Source of the DNA: Squalus acanthias
Taxonomy: Eukaryota
Length of the DNA stretch: 64,000 nt
NCBI GenBank assembly: GCA_030390025.1
Contig: JASTWF010000171.1
Location: 496,001-560,000, forward strand
Reading direction: 5' to 3'
Shown: positions 38,301 through 48,855 of the stretch, in pieces
Layout of the letters: each line of letters starts with the position of its first letter
How positions within the stretch are numbered: the first letter of the stretch is position 1
Translations under genes and position numbers: made by a program
Notes under the pieces: generated by a model
Told to the model about the DNA's origin: nothing
Database searches by the model: none
What the model saw: the letters and a program-made list of their open reading frames with translations, nothing else

Positions 38301-41038
38301 ACAGGAGGGAGGGTCAGTGCTGATCTCCCAGCCTGGGACAGACCCACAGGAGGGAGGGTCAGTGCTGAGCTCCCAGCCTGGGACAGGCCCACAGGAGGGA
38401 GGGTCAGTGCTGAGCTCCCAGCCCGGGACAGACCCACTGGAGGAAGGGTCAGTGCTGAACTCCCAGCCTGGGACAAACCCACAGGGGGGAGGGTCAGTGC
38501 TGAGCTCCCAGCCCGGGACAGGTTGGAGTCAGGCTACAGAGAGAGCGGAAGAATTATTAACTTTCAACATGTTCATGTCATCACAGCATTTATCGAGCCG
38601 CTGTATCCTGGGATATTACGGTCCACGGTGGATCCTGGGATATTACGGTCCACGGTGGATCCTGGGATATTACGGTCCACGGTGGATCCTGGGATATTAC
38701 GGTCCACGGTGGATCCTGGGATATTACGGTCCACGGTGGATCCTGGGATATTACGGTCCACGGTGGATCCTGGGATATTACGGTCCACGGTGGATCCTGG
38801 GATATTACGGTCCACGGTGGATCCTGGGATATTACGGTCCACGGTGGATCCTGGGATATTACGGTCCACGGTGGATCCTGGGATATTACGGTCCACGGTG
38901 GATCCTGGGATATTACGGTCCACGGTGGATCCTGGGATATTACGGTCCACGGTGGATCCTGGGATATTACGGTCCACGGTGGATCCTGGGATATTACGGT
39001 CCACGGTGGATCCTGGGATATTACGGTCCACGGTGGATCCTGGGATATTACGGTCCACGGTGGATCCTGGGATATTACGGTCCACGGTGGATCCTGGGAT
39101 ATTACGGTCCACGGTGGATCCTGGGATATTACGGTCCACGGTGGATCCTGGGATATTACGGTCCACGGTGGATCCTGGGATATTACGGTCCACGGTGGAT
39201 CCTGGGATATTACGGTCCACGGTGGATCCTGGGATATTACGGTCCACGGTGGATCCTGGGATATTACGGTCCACGGTGGATCCTGGGATATTACGGTCCA
39301 CGGTGGATCCTGGGATATTACGGTCCACGGTGGATCCTGGGATATTACGGTCCACGGTGGATCCTGGGATATTACGGTCCACGGTGGATCCTGGGATATT
39401 ACGGTCCACGGTGGATCCTGGGATATTACGGTCCACGGTGGATCCTGGGATATTACGGTCCACGGTGGATCCTGGGATATTACGGTCCACGGTGGATCCT
39501 GGGATATTACGGTCCACGGTGGATCCTGGGATATTACGGTCCACGGTGGATCCTGGGATATTACGGTCCACGGTGGATCCTGGGATATTACGGTCCACGG
39601 TGGATCCTGGGATATTACGGTCCACGGTGGATCCTGGGATATTACAGTCCACGGTGGATCCTGGGATATTACTGTCCACGGTGGATCCTGGGATATTACT
39701 GTCCACGGTGGATCCTGGGATATTACTGTCCACGGTGGATTTTGGGATATTACTGTCCACGGTGTATTTTGGGATATTACTGTATGAGGACACGGTGTAT
39801 CCCTGTCTGTCTCTGATTCTCTCACTCTCTCTCTCTCTCTCAGTACCGAAGTCTGAGTCCATGGTCCCTGCTATTGTTGGTGTGATTGGGGTCCTCGGGC
39901 TGCTCATCGCTCTCTCCATTGTAGCTGTCGTCATCTACAGAAAGAAAGGTAGGAAATGGAGACAAAATGGTCGCGTCCCCACTGGGGGAGGGAGGGAGGG
40001 GCCTGGATTGGGAGGAGGGGCCAGGTTGGAGGTGGCGGGGTCCTTTAAGGGGGGGGCAGGGGCCCAGTGTCAGGGGGATGGCCCGGTGGTGGGTGGAAGT
40101 GTACTGGGCTGGAGGGTGAAGGGCCCAGGTGTTGGGGCTCTGAGTGTGGGGGAGGGGCTCTGGGTGAGGCGGCGGGGCTCTGGGTGAGGGCGAGAGGATC
40201 TGGGTGAGGGGGCGGGTCTCTGGGTGAGGTGGCGGGGCTCTGGGTGAGGGGAAGGGGCCCAGGGTGAGGGGCTGGGGCTCTGGGTTAGGGGGGAGGGGCT
40301 CTGGGTGAGGGCGAGAGGATCTGGGGGAGGGGGCGGGGCTGGGGCTCTGGGTGGGCAGAGCCACGTTGGGGGGTGATCCTCTCTCTTCTCTGACTGTCGG
40401 TGTCTCGTCACTCACTGAGCGTTCCTTGTTTTACAGTGGGAGGGAAGAGCGGCTACAATCCTACAACCAGTAAGCTGATCATCAAACATCCTCTGCATCT
40501 CTGGAACACTGAATCGTTGCTCATTCTGTGTCTGATACACTGAACAGTTTATTACTCTGTGTCTCCCTCTGTCTGTCTGGCTCTCTGTCTCTGTCTCTCT
40601 CTCTCTCTCTCTCTGTGACTGTCTNNNNNNNNNNNNNNNNNNNNNNNNNNNNNNNNNNNNNNNNNNNNNNNNNNNNNNNNNNNNNNNNNNNNNNNNNNNN
40701 NNNNNNNNNNNNNNNNNNNNNNNNNNNNNNNNNNNNNNNNNNNNNNNNNNNNNNNNNNNNNNNNNNNNNNNNNNNNNNNNNNNNNNNNNNNNNNNNNNNN
40801 NNNNNNNNNNNNNNNNNNNNNNNNNNNNNNNNNNNTCTCTGTTTCTGGCTCTGTCTCTCACTCTGTGACTGGCTCTGTCTCTCTTTTTCTGGCTCTGTCT
40901 CCCTCCTTCTGTCTCTCTATTTCTCTCTGTCTCGCTCTCTCTCTCTCTATGACAATGAACAGTTTATTAATGCCTGTCCTTCCATTAACAGCTTCTAATC
41001 AAGGGGAATCCTCCTGCAGCTCCTCCGCCAATGCCTGA
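12953..41038 (+). CDS. MHC class I heavy chain gene, probably non-classical (spliced, 7 coding exons, 1032 nt, 343 aa)
   Basis: join(12953-13001,36277-36537,37057-37329,37447-37710,39844-39948,40437-40469,40992-41038) is an uninterrupted ORF with phase-1 GT-AG junctions and class I domain hallmarks. Confidence 0.95.
13002..13423. repeat. 62-bp minisatellite starting at the exon 1 donor, about 6.8 copies
   Basis: Units start at 13002, 13064, 13126, 13188, 13250, 13312, 13376. Confidence 0.95.
13495..14400 (-). mobile_element. CR1 3' fragment in intron 1
   Basis: LHRLGLYSLEYRRLRGNLIEVFK and FYTQRVVEIW; CR1 tail near 13500. Confidence 0.88.
19453..19771 (-). mobile_element. HE1-like V-SINE copy 1 embedded in the minisatellite
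   Basis: Minus strand has a tRNA head (tggcatagtgg, ggtacgaatcc), V-core tgtgtggagtttgcacattctccccgtgtctgcgtgggtttcctccggg and a CR1-type tail (gattctgt)n. Confidence 0.9.
22913..23231 (-). mobile_element. HE1-like V-SINE copy 2
   Basis: Appears identical to copy 1 with the same junctions. Confidence 0.9.
26453..26771 (-). mobile_element. HE1-like V-SINE copy 3
   Basis: Appears identical to copy 1. Confidence 0.9.
28818..29136 (-). mobile_element. HE1-like V-SINE copy 4
   Basis: Appears identical to copy 1. Confidence 0.9.
30785..31103 (-). mobile_element. HE1-like V-SINE copy 5
   Basis: As copy 1 except c>g at 30803. Confidence 0.9.
33148..33466 (-). mobile_element. HE1-like V-SINE copy 6
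   Basis: Appears identical to copy 1. Confidence 0.9.
35608..35926 (-). mobile_element. HE1-like V-SINE copy 7
   Basis: Appears identical to copy 1. Confidence 0.9.
36277..36537 (+). CDS. MHC class I exon 2, alpha1 domain
   Basis: GSHSLRYFLT, GYVDEVQFVMYDSD, EGPESW, RTNQSG (N86 sequon); tttcag acceptor and gtgagt donor. Confidence 0.97.
37057..37329 (+). CDS. MHC class I exon 3, alpha2 domain
   Basis: GIHTYQVMIGCDL, WDGRDLISFD, YLEVECIEWLRKYL with the C101-C164 pair. Confidence 0.97.
37315..37389. repeat. 25-bp repeat x3 spanning the exon 3 donor
   Basis: ggggactgagagtgggYgagtgagg at 25-bp period. Confidence 0.9.
37447..37710 (+). CDS. MHC class I exon 4, alpha3 Ig C1 domain
   Basis: LFCVVTGFYPQAIEVTLWRDG, LPNHDSTYQ, YSCQVEHSGL. 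Confidence 0.97.
37740..38522. repeat. 45-bp minisatellite in intron 4, about 17 copies, with a 181-bp 4-mer higher-order unit
   Basis: cccagcctgggacagacccacaggagggagggtcagtgctgagct; ORF starts recur at 37775, 37956, 38137. Confidence 0.95.
38605..39803. repeat. 27-bp VNTR in intron 4 (atcctgggatattacggtccacggtgg), about 38 perfect plus about 6 degenerate copies
   Basis: Directly visible. Confidence 0.98.
39844..39948 (+). CDS. MHC class I exon 5, connecting peptide and transmembrane helix
   Basis: VPKSESMVPAIVGVIGVLGLLIALSIVAVVIYRKK; (ct)n-cag acceptor and gtagga donor. Confidence 0.95.
40150..40352. repeat. G-rich degenerate tandem repeat (ggggctctgggtgagg) in intron 5
   Basis: About 9 imperfect copies of ~21-23 bp. 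Confidence 0.8.
40437..40469 (+). CDS. MHC class I exon 6, cytoplasmic (VGGKSGYNPTT)
   Basis: 33-nt exon with the conserved class I tail Tyr; ttacag acceptor and gtaagc donor. Confidence 0.88.
40625..40835. other. Assembly gap (211 N) within a CT-rich microsatellite in intron 6
   Basis: Run of N. Confidence 1.
40992..41038 (+). CDS. MHC class I exon 7, Ser-rich cytoplasmic end and stop (TSNQGESSCSSSANA*)
   Basis: Acceptor ttaacag; TGA followed by G|gtatga donor. Confidence 0.85.
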
Positions 41039-41385
41039 GGTATGAAAAGTGTTGATCAATAGTGTGAGCAGATCCTTCCCTGGCCTTCTAACTGGGCTAT
41101 TACAGCAGGTGTTTACTGTACAATCTCAAGGGTGGAATCTGAGCACAGTGCCTGCCTCTCCCTGTCTTGTCCCTAAAGACCGGGCCGTAAATTCAGCACT
41201 GAGACGGGCCTTCTGGAGATGGCTGGTCCTGTACGGTCTGAGGCTGGAGATATCTTGTGGGGGAGGGGAGTGGGGTAAAGGTGTCCAGAAACCTCTCACC
41301 CTGGATGTGGCCTCCTGTCAGATAATCGATTTCCTCAGGGGAGTCGAATTTCCCAGTGTTGTTGCTCCCCCAGGATTCAATATTA

Positions 41386-42032
41386 CTGGTGTTTGTGCGT
41401 TGGGTCTGATGGATTTTGCTGGTGTTTGGGTGTGGGTCTGATGGGTTTTGCTGGTGTTTGTGGTGTGGGTCTGATGGGTTTTGCTGGTGTTTGGGTGTGG
41501 GTCTGATGGGTTTTGCTGGTGTTTGTGGGGTGGGTCTGATGGGTTTTGATGGTGTTTGGGTGTGGGTTTGATGGTGTTTGGGTGTGGGTCTGATGGGTTT
41601 TGCTGGTGTTTCGGGGTGGGTCTGATGGATTTTGCTGGTGTTTGGGTGTGGGTCTGATGGGTTTTGATGGTGTTTGGGTGTGGGTCTGAAGGGTTTTGCT
41701 GGTGTTTCGGGGTGGGTCTGATGGATTTTGCTGGTGTTTTGGGGTGGGTCTGATGGGTTTTGCTGGTGTTTGTGGGGTGGGTCTGATGGGTTTTGCTGGT
41801 GTTTGTGGTGTGGGTCTGATGGGTTTTGCTCGTGTTTTGGGGTGGGTCTGATGGGTTTTGCTGGTGTTTGGGTGTGGGTCTGATGGGTTTTGCTGGTGTT
41901 TCGGGGTGGGTCTGATGGGTTTTGCTGGTGTTTGGGTGTGGGTCTGATGGGTTTTGATGGTGTTTGGGGGTGGGTCTGATGGTTTTTTTCTGGTGTTTGT
42001 GGGGTGGGTCTGATGGGTTTTGATGGTGTTTG
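41386..42032. repeat. 32-33-bp G/T-rich minisatellite (ggtgtgggtctgatgggttttgctggtgtttg), about 20 copies
   Basis: Directly visible; degenerate units continue at 42555-42680. Confidence 0.93.
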
Positions 42033-42059
42033 TTGGAGTGAGGCGTCTGCTGGTTTTTT

Positions 42060-42555
42060 AAATTATTTTTTATGGCATGCGTGCGTCGCTCTCAAGGCCA
42101 GCATTTATTGCCCATCCCTAATTGCCCTTGAGAAGGTGGTGGTGAGCCTCCTACTTGAACCGCTGCAGTCCGCGTGGTGAAGGTACTCCCACAGTGCTGT
42201 TAGGTAGGGAGTTCCAGGATTTTGACCCAGCGACGATGAATGACTGGCGATATATTTTTAAGTCAGGTTGGTGTGACTTGGAGGGGAACTTGGAGTTGGT
42301 GGTGTTCCCATGCACCTGCTGCCCTTGTCCTTCTAGGTGGAAGAGGTTGCGGGTTTGGGAGTTGCTGCCGAAGAAGCCTTGGTGAGTTGCTGCAGTGCAT
42401 CTTGTAGATGGTACACACTGCAGCCACGGTACGCCGGTGGTGGAGGGTGTGAATGTTTAAGGTGGTGGATGGGGTGCCAATCAAGCGGGCTGCTTTGTCC
42501 TTGATGGTGTCGAGCTTCTTGAGTGTTGTTGGAGCTGCACTCATCCAGGCAAGTG
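42060..42555 (-). mobile_element. 3' end of the same LINE family as 5746-6697
   Basis: PTTLKKLDTIKDKAARLIGTPSTTLNIH matches the 6225-6791 ORF. Confidence 0.88.
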
Positions 42556-42710
42556 CTGCTGGTGTTTGTGGGGTGGAGGGGTCTGCTGGGTTTTGCTGCT
42601 GGAGTTTGTGCGGGTGGTTTGTCTGCACAGTTTTGCTGCTGGTGTTTGCGGGGGTTTACTGGGTCTGATGGGTTTTCCTTTCTATGTAACAATCTAATTC
42701 TCTTCCCCAG

Positions 42711-43200
42711 TGGCCTCCCGTGTCCCGGCTGGTACTCAAGGGACTTGAGTTCCCCGAGATCAGCAGCAGGAGTTGATGAGAGGTCGGGAAGGTTGTGATT
42801 TCATCGAGGTGACGGCGAGTGACTGAAGGCGGCTCCACATCTGTGACTCTGTAATAGGAATTGTGGCAATTGCAGATTATTAAATGTCTGGGATTTCTCT
42901 CTTTGAGCCGGATGATTTGAGCTTTGCTCTGCTCTGTTTACTCTGCACATACTCCAGGATTCTGATTTACTCAGTGCCGATTCATTCACTGCGAGGGGAG
43001 TGTGTAGAGCGGGGGTCTGCTCCCTCAGAGTCTCCAGGTGGGGGTATTGGGGGGGTTATCGTCGGGGGGAGGTCAGGGAACCTGTGCATGAGGTTTTTTT
43101 TGGGTGGGGACGGGGGGCTTGTGCTTTGCAAACGGGAATCTGTTCCTGCTGATGGTCTTTCCTGCAATTTCTTCAATAAAGGAGGTCCGTACTCCACTTA
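42711..43200 (+). other. Probable terminal non-coding (3'UTR) exon of the class I gene
   Basis: Branch ctaat plus tcttccccag acceptor at 42710; AATAAA at 43175-43180 followed by a GT-rich element. Confidence 0.55.
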
Positions 43201-44634
43201 CTGTCTCTGTCTGCACACTCCTCAGTTCAAAACTAATGAACCTGTATTGGGGAAAATTGAGTGTTTTAAGGATGAAGCTACCAGGTATCCAGGGGAAGAG
43301 GAAATAATAACAGTAAATAAGTTGCAAGCACAGATTTCAAAAGGGAAGATCGTGCTTGCCAAAGCTCACAGCATTCTTTGGGGAGGTGACAGACATGGTG
43401 ATGGGGAAATGCAGTGAATGTGGGGCACATGGACTTTAGGAAAGCCTTTGACAAGGTGCCACACGGGGGGGTTATTGGAGAAGATTAAATGAGTACTTTG
43501 CATCTGTCTTCACAAAAGAAGGCTTTAGCCGGACCGCAATGTCCTTGTACCATACCAGCCCGGCATTTCAGATTAGGACCTAGAATGCAGGAAGCTGACC
43601 ACAATTAACCTTCAAGACCCTGTCCAGCTCCACCTCCCCAAGCAGTGGTTCCTGCCTTTGATGGCCCACCACAGATCTGGGTGGGTGTGTCATTTCCAGT
43701 ACTTCCATGTGGAAGTGAATCAGTCTGGGTACTTGGTTGAGGGGAGGCACATATAAACTAAATGGGACCATTTTAAAGGAGGCGCAGGAACAGAGAGACC
43801 TGGGGGTGTATCTGCACAAATCGCTGAAGGTGGCAGGACAATTTGAGAAGGCTGCTTAAAAAAGCCTAAGGGCTCCTGGGTTTTACAGTGTCAGCCACAG
43901 CTCAGTGGGCACCCTTGCCCCTCAGTCAGAAGGCAGTGGGTTCAAGTCCCACTCTAGCACTAAAATCTAGGCTGACACTCCAGTGAGAAGGTGAGCCAGT
44001 GTTCAAAGAGTGTTCCATCTTGTATTTAATAACTGAGATGCGAGAAAACTGATTGTGTAATTCTATACAGATTTCACAGTGGGAACAGAGTCTGGATCAC
44101 AGGAACAGGCCTTTCAGCCCAACTGGTCTATGTTGGCATTTGTACTCCACACGAGCCTCCTCCCACCACTCTTCATCTAACCCGATCAGCATATCCTTCT
44201 ATTCCTTTCGCCCTCGTGCTTATCGAGCCAGCCCTTAACTGTCAGCTGTGGCTCAGTTGGTAGCACCCTCGCCGCTGAGTCAGAAGGTTGTGGGTTTAAG
44301 TCCCGCTCCAGGGACTTGAGCACAAAAATCGAGACTGACACTCCAGTGCAGTGCTGAGGGAGTGCTGCACTGTCGGAGGTGCCGTCCTTCGGATGAGACG
44401 TTAAACTGAGTCTACTCTCTCAGGTGGACGTAAAAGATCCCATGGCACTATTTCGAAGAAGAGCAGGGGAGTTATCCCCGGTGTCCTGGCCAATATTTAT
44501 CCCTCAATCAACATCACTAAAAAACACAAATGATCTGGCCATTATCACATTGCTGTTTGTGGGAGCTTGCTGTGCATATATTGGCTGCCACGTTTCCCTA
44601 CATTATAACAGCAACCACACTTCAAAAGTACTTA

Positions 44635-45447
44635 AATAACAACAGAAAATGCTGGAAGCACTCAGCAGGCCAGGCAGCATCCGTGGAGACAGAAACAGAG
44701 TTAACGTTTCAGGTCTGGGATCCTTCATCAGAACTGGAAAAGGCTGGAGATGCAACCGGTTTTAAGCAGGGGCAGAGGCAGGGAAAGGGGGCGGGGCGGG
44801 GAGGAAGGAACATTCTGTGCGAGGGTAGGAGGCAGGAGACATTCAATGTTGCAGATGGGGATGGCAGAATCATACAGCCTAAAAAATGGGGGCAGGGGTT
44901 ATAGTCTGAAATTGTTAAACTCAATGTTGAGTCCAGAAGGCTGTAAAGTGCCTAATCGAAAGATGAGATCCTGTTCCTCGAGCTTAGTTGAGCTTCATTG
45001 GAACAGTGTAAGAGGCTGAGGACAGAGAGATCAGAGTGGGAGTGGAGCGGAGAATTAAAGTGACAGGCGACCGGAAGCTCGGGGTCACCCTTACAGACTA
45101 AACGGAGGTGTTCCGCAAAGCAGTCACCCAATCTGCGTTTGGTCTCCCCAATGTAGAGGAGACCGCATCGTGAGCAGTGAATGCAGTATATTAAATTGCA
45201 AGAAGTACAAGTAAATCGTTGTTTCACCTGGAAGGCGTGTTTGGGGCCCTGGACAGTGGGAAGGGAGGAGGTAAAAGGGCAGGTGTTGCATCTCCTGCGC
45301 TTGCACGGGAAGGTGCCGGGAGAAGGGGAAGGGCTGTTGGGAGTGATTGAGGAGTGAACCAGAGTGTCGCGGAGGGAGCGATCCCTTCGGAATGCTGATT
45401 GCGGAGGTGAGGGGAAGATGCGTTTGGTGGGGGGATCATGTTGGAGG
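44635..45447 (-). mobile_element. Penelope-like element 3' end (GIY-YIG endonuclease and 3'UTR) with 8-bp TSD agtactta
   Basis: NLIYCIHCSRCGLLYIGETKRRLGD; TSD at 44627-44634 and 45448-45455. Confidence 0.88.
44699..44735 (-). ncRNA. Minimal type I hammerhead ribozyme motif
   Basis: agtt-CTGATGA-agg(atcccaga)cct-GAAA-cg-TT-aact: intact core, stems I and II, palindromic ACGT stem III. Confidence 0.75.
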
Positions 45448-46399
45448 AGTACTTATTTGGCTGTAAAGCGCTTTGGGATGTCCTGCGGTCGTGAAAGGCT
45501 CAGTATTGCAAGTCTTTTTTTAATAAATAGAGGCAAAGAGTTCAAAAGCAAGGACGTTATGCTAAACGTTTATAAAACACTGGTTAGGACACAGCTGGAG
45601 TATATTGTCTAATTCTGGGCACCACACTCGTGGAAGGATGTCAAGGCCTTGGAGAGGGTGCAGAGGAGATTTACTGGAATAGTACCAGGGATGAGGGACT
45701 TCAGCAACGTGGAGATCTCGGAGAAGCTGAATCACCTGCAATGGCTTCTCTTCCTGCTCCCGCACCATAACCTCTGGAGTGCCCTAAGGATCTATCCTTC
45801 GCCCCCTCCTATTTCTCACCTACCTCTTTGATAAAGCTTTTGGTTATCTTTCCTAATATCTCCTTATGTAGCTCGCTGTCAAATTTTGTTTGATAACGCT
45901 CCTGTGAAGCACCTTCCCATCTCCACCCCAATTACTTTCTCCACCGAGATCAACACTGTTTATAGTCAGTCCGTAAGGGTGACCCCGAGCTTCTGGTCGC
46001 CTATCAGTTTAATTCTCCGCTCCACTCCCACTCAGACCTCACCCTCTTACACTGTTCCAAGGAAGCTCAACGTAAACTCGAGGAACAGCATCTCATCTTT
46101 CGATTAGGCACTTCACAGCCATCTGGACTCAACACAGAGTTCAACAATTTCAGACCATAACCTCGGCCCCTATTCCTTTTTTTTCTCCATTCATTTCATT
46201 TATTATATATATTTTTCTCTCTCCCCCACATGGCAGCTGTCTTTCATTCTGTGCCATTTGCCCTTCATCGAGAGCCAGAATTGACCTGCACTCTTCACAC
46301 CACAGACTTTGTTTGTGAATTGTCCACGCCTACAAGAAGGTCAAGTATCAAACTGGCCTCAATCACTCCAGGATCAGGATATCCATCGTGTTCCGGGGA

Positions 46400-46675
46400 C
46401 ACAATCTCAAAATTAGAGCCAGGCCTTTAAGGAGCGAAGTTAGCAAACACTTCTACACACAAAGGGTGGTCGAAGTTTGGAACTCTCTTCCGCAAACGGC
46501 AATTGATGAGGTCAATTGTTAATTTTAAATCCGAGATTGATAGATTTTTGTTAACCAACAGTATGAAGGGATATGGGGCAAAGGAGGGTATATGGAGTTA
46601 GGTCACAGATCAGCCATGATCTCATTGAATGGCGGAACAGCTCGAGGGGCTGAGTGGCCGACTCCTGTTCCTATA
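46400..46675 (+). mobile_element. CR1 3' end fragment
   Basis: FYTQRVVEVWNSLP-like coding end and CR1 tail. Confidence 0.8.
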
Positions 46676-46998
46676 ATTACACTCTCCCTTGTGGAAATAC
46701 AATGTTTTTAGCCGACACTTAATTCTGTAACTCACCGGGGGAAAGTGCGATATTGTGCCGTGAGATTGTGAGCAGTGATATAATCAACTTCATTGGCACA
46801 GTTACTGCAGCAAAGGAGACCATTCTAAACATCAAATTACTGAAACCTCAAGTGTTTATAGTTGGTTTCACTCTGTGAATCTCAGTGAAACAGGGACAGT
46901 TGTGAATCCAGTCCATTCAACAGTTTCCCTCTGGTGTTAATTCACTGGTGTGGAAGCTAACCAGTTGTCAAATTGCATTTCACACACAGTACAACTCA

Positions 46999-47109
<111 letters not shown>

Positions 47110-47463
47110 CCACAGGGAGCACAGACTCCCAAAATTACCCCTCACGAATTCTCCCTCCCATCCTCAAACTGTGAGGATCCACTATTCAATGGCCCCCATG
47201 CCCACCTCTTGCATTATACACCTCAAAGTCTCCCTTCTCTTTATATCAAGCAGTGTGTCTCCCTCCTACTTTGGCGGTGAGTGGCAGCTTCAGGCAATGG
47301 TTTTGGGATACGGCAGGGATATTACAGTCCTCTGTTCTGAAACCAGTCTATACCCTGTAATAGAAAGGGGTGTCAGCAGCAATAATCAGTGATATCATCA
47401 GGGGTGTCAGATTCAGGGACCATCGGAGCAATAATTGGAGGAGACATCATGGGCAATAATGGG

Positions 47464-47610
47464 GTAAAGCTCCCTCTACACTGTCCCATCAAACACTCCC
47501 AGGTCAGGTATTGCACGAGTTAGGTACAGAGTAAAGGTCCCTCTACACTGTCCCATTAAACACTCCCAGGTCAGGTATTGCACGAGTTAGGTACAGAGTA
47601 AAGCTCTCTC
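47464..47610. repeat. 67-bp satellite monomers (gtaaagctccctctacactgtcccatcaaacactcccaggNcaggtacagcacgggttagatacaga)
   Basis: 67-bp period from 47464 to 47531. Confidence 0.85.
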
Positions 47611-48454
47611 TCAATTGGTTCACCAAGCACAGCCACCTCAGATACAGAATGTGTTAAAAGCAGCATACAGCTCCCTTTACACTACCCAATGAAGCACACC
47701 AGCTCAGGTACAGCATGGGATTGATACTGAATAAAAATCCCTCTACACGGAGGTGTCCAGCATTCCCAGGTGAGGTCTGGGCAAGGTTTATATACGAGTT
47801 GAGCTCCGGTCAACTTGCTGCATCAAAGGGTGAGCTTGATGGTAGATGTTGAACAGCTCCCAGTAGCTGGTTAGACTCTCACTTTGACAAAATCCTGGAC
47901 TGATGGGATTCCCAGTAGAGCTCCTTACCTTTCCAAACATTGTTGAAGCTTCCCGTTTTATCCCATCTCCGACACTGGAGGTCTTGTCCCACCAGATCTG
48001 CTCTGTGAACCCAGTGACATTTCTCCAGCCCAGTTAGTGTGGTGATGATTCGACTTCTCTCTCTCCAGGTTCCTGAGATATTGCTCACTCCAAGAAACTT
48101 GTAATATAAAAAAGATAAATATTAATTCTAGAATCTGTAACTGGAATACAGTGGGACTGTTTCTGGGACTATGATTAGTTCAATATATTTGCAATTAATG
48201 ACATTTGGTTGAATTACTTACTTGACTATTAAATTGTTCTTTTCTTTCTTTCCCCTTATTTATATTGACTAAACTCACTCTCCATATCTGCTGCCAACTC
48301 CATCTCCTCCCACAGTGAAATGCCACTGATGGTGTATAACCAGGGGCGTAAACCTGTCTCCAGGTGACATCACAAAGGAGCCAGAAGCCAATAACAGCAG
48401 CAGCCAGGTACGATGTCACAAAGCAGCCCAAGCCCCTCCCAGTCGAGGTAATCC

Positions 48455-48855
48455 CAGGGCAGGTACAGCACGGGTTAGATACAGAGTAAAGCTCCCTCTA
48501 CACTGTCCCATCAAACACTCTCTGGTCAGGTATCGCACAGGTTAGGTATAGTGTAAATATCCCTCTACACTGTACCATCATACACGCTCAGGTGAGGTAT
48601 AGCACAGGTTAGATACAGAGTAAAGCTCCTTCTTCATTGTCGCAACTAGCACTGGCAAGTGACATCTAGTACAGTTAGGATACAAAGTAAAGCTCCCTCT
48701 ACACTGTCTCATCAAACACTCACAGGTCAGGTATAGCAGGAGTTAGATACAGAGTAAAGCTCCCTCTCCATGATCCCATCAAACACTCACAGGTCAGCTA
48801 TAGCAGGAGTTAGATACAGAGTAAAGCTCCCTCTGCATGGTCCCATTAAACACTT
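48455..48855. repeat. 67-bp satellite array, left of the CR1 insertion
   Basis: About 6 diverged monomers. Confidence 0.88.

Larger units (their letters stand above)
44240..45520 (+). mobile_element. SacSINE1/DeuSINE-like SINE (44240-44634 and 45448-45520) interrupted by a Penelope fragment
   Basis: tRNA head tggctcagttgg and ggtttaagtccc; Deu core taaaagatcccatggcactatttcgaagaagagcagggg; tail gctgtaaagcgctttggga. Confidence 0.8.

Noticed and set aside
38605-39803. CRISPR-like array
   Set aside because: Head-to-tail repeats with no spacers, no cas genes, eukaryotic context
37956-40187. 743-aa ORF as a stand-alone gene
   Set aside because: GTG start inside a minisatellite; made of two intronic repeats plus the class I TM exon; kept only as a splice-isoform hypothesis
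40412-40998. ORFs spanning the N gap
   Set aside because: Artefacts of Ns and CT microsatellite
12953-41038. Assigning a gene symbol such as UAA, UBA, UCA or UDA
   Set aside because: Lineage needs a phylogeny; the anchor substitutions argue against classical UAA but do not identify the lineage
42884-43417. 177-aa ORF downstream of the gene
   Set aside because: No recognisable domain; overlaps the likely 3'UTR and polyA signal and runs into CR1 debris
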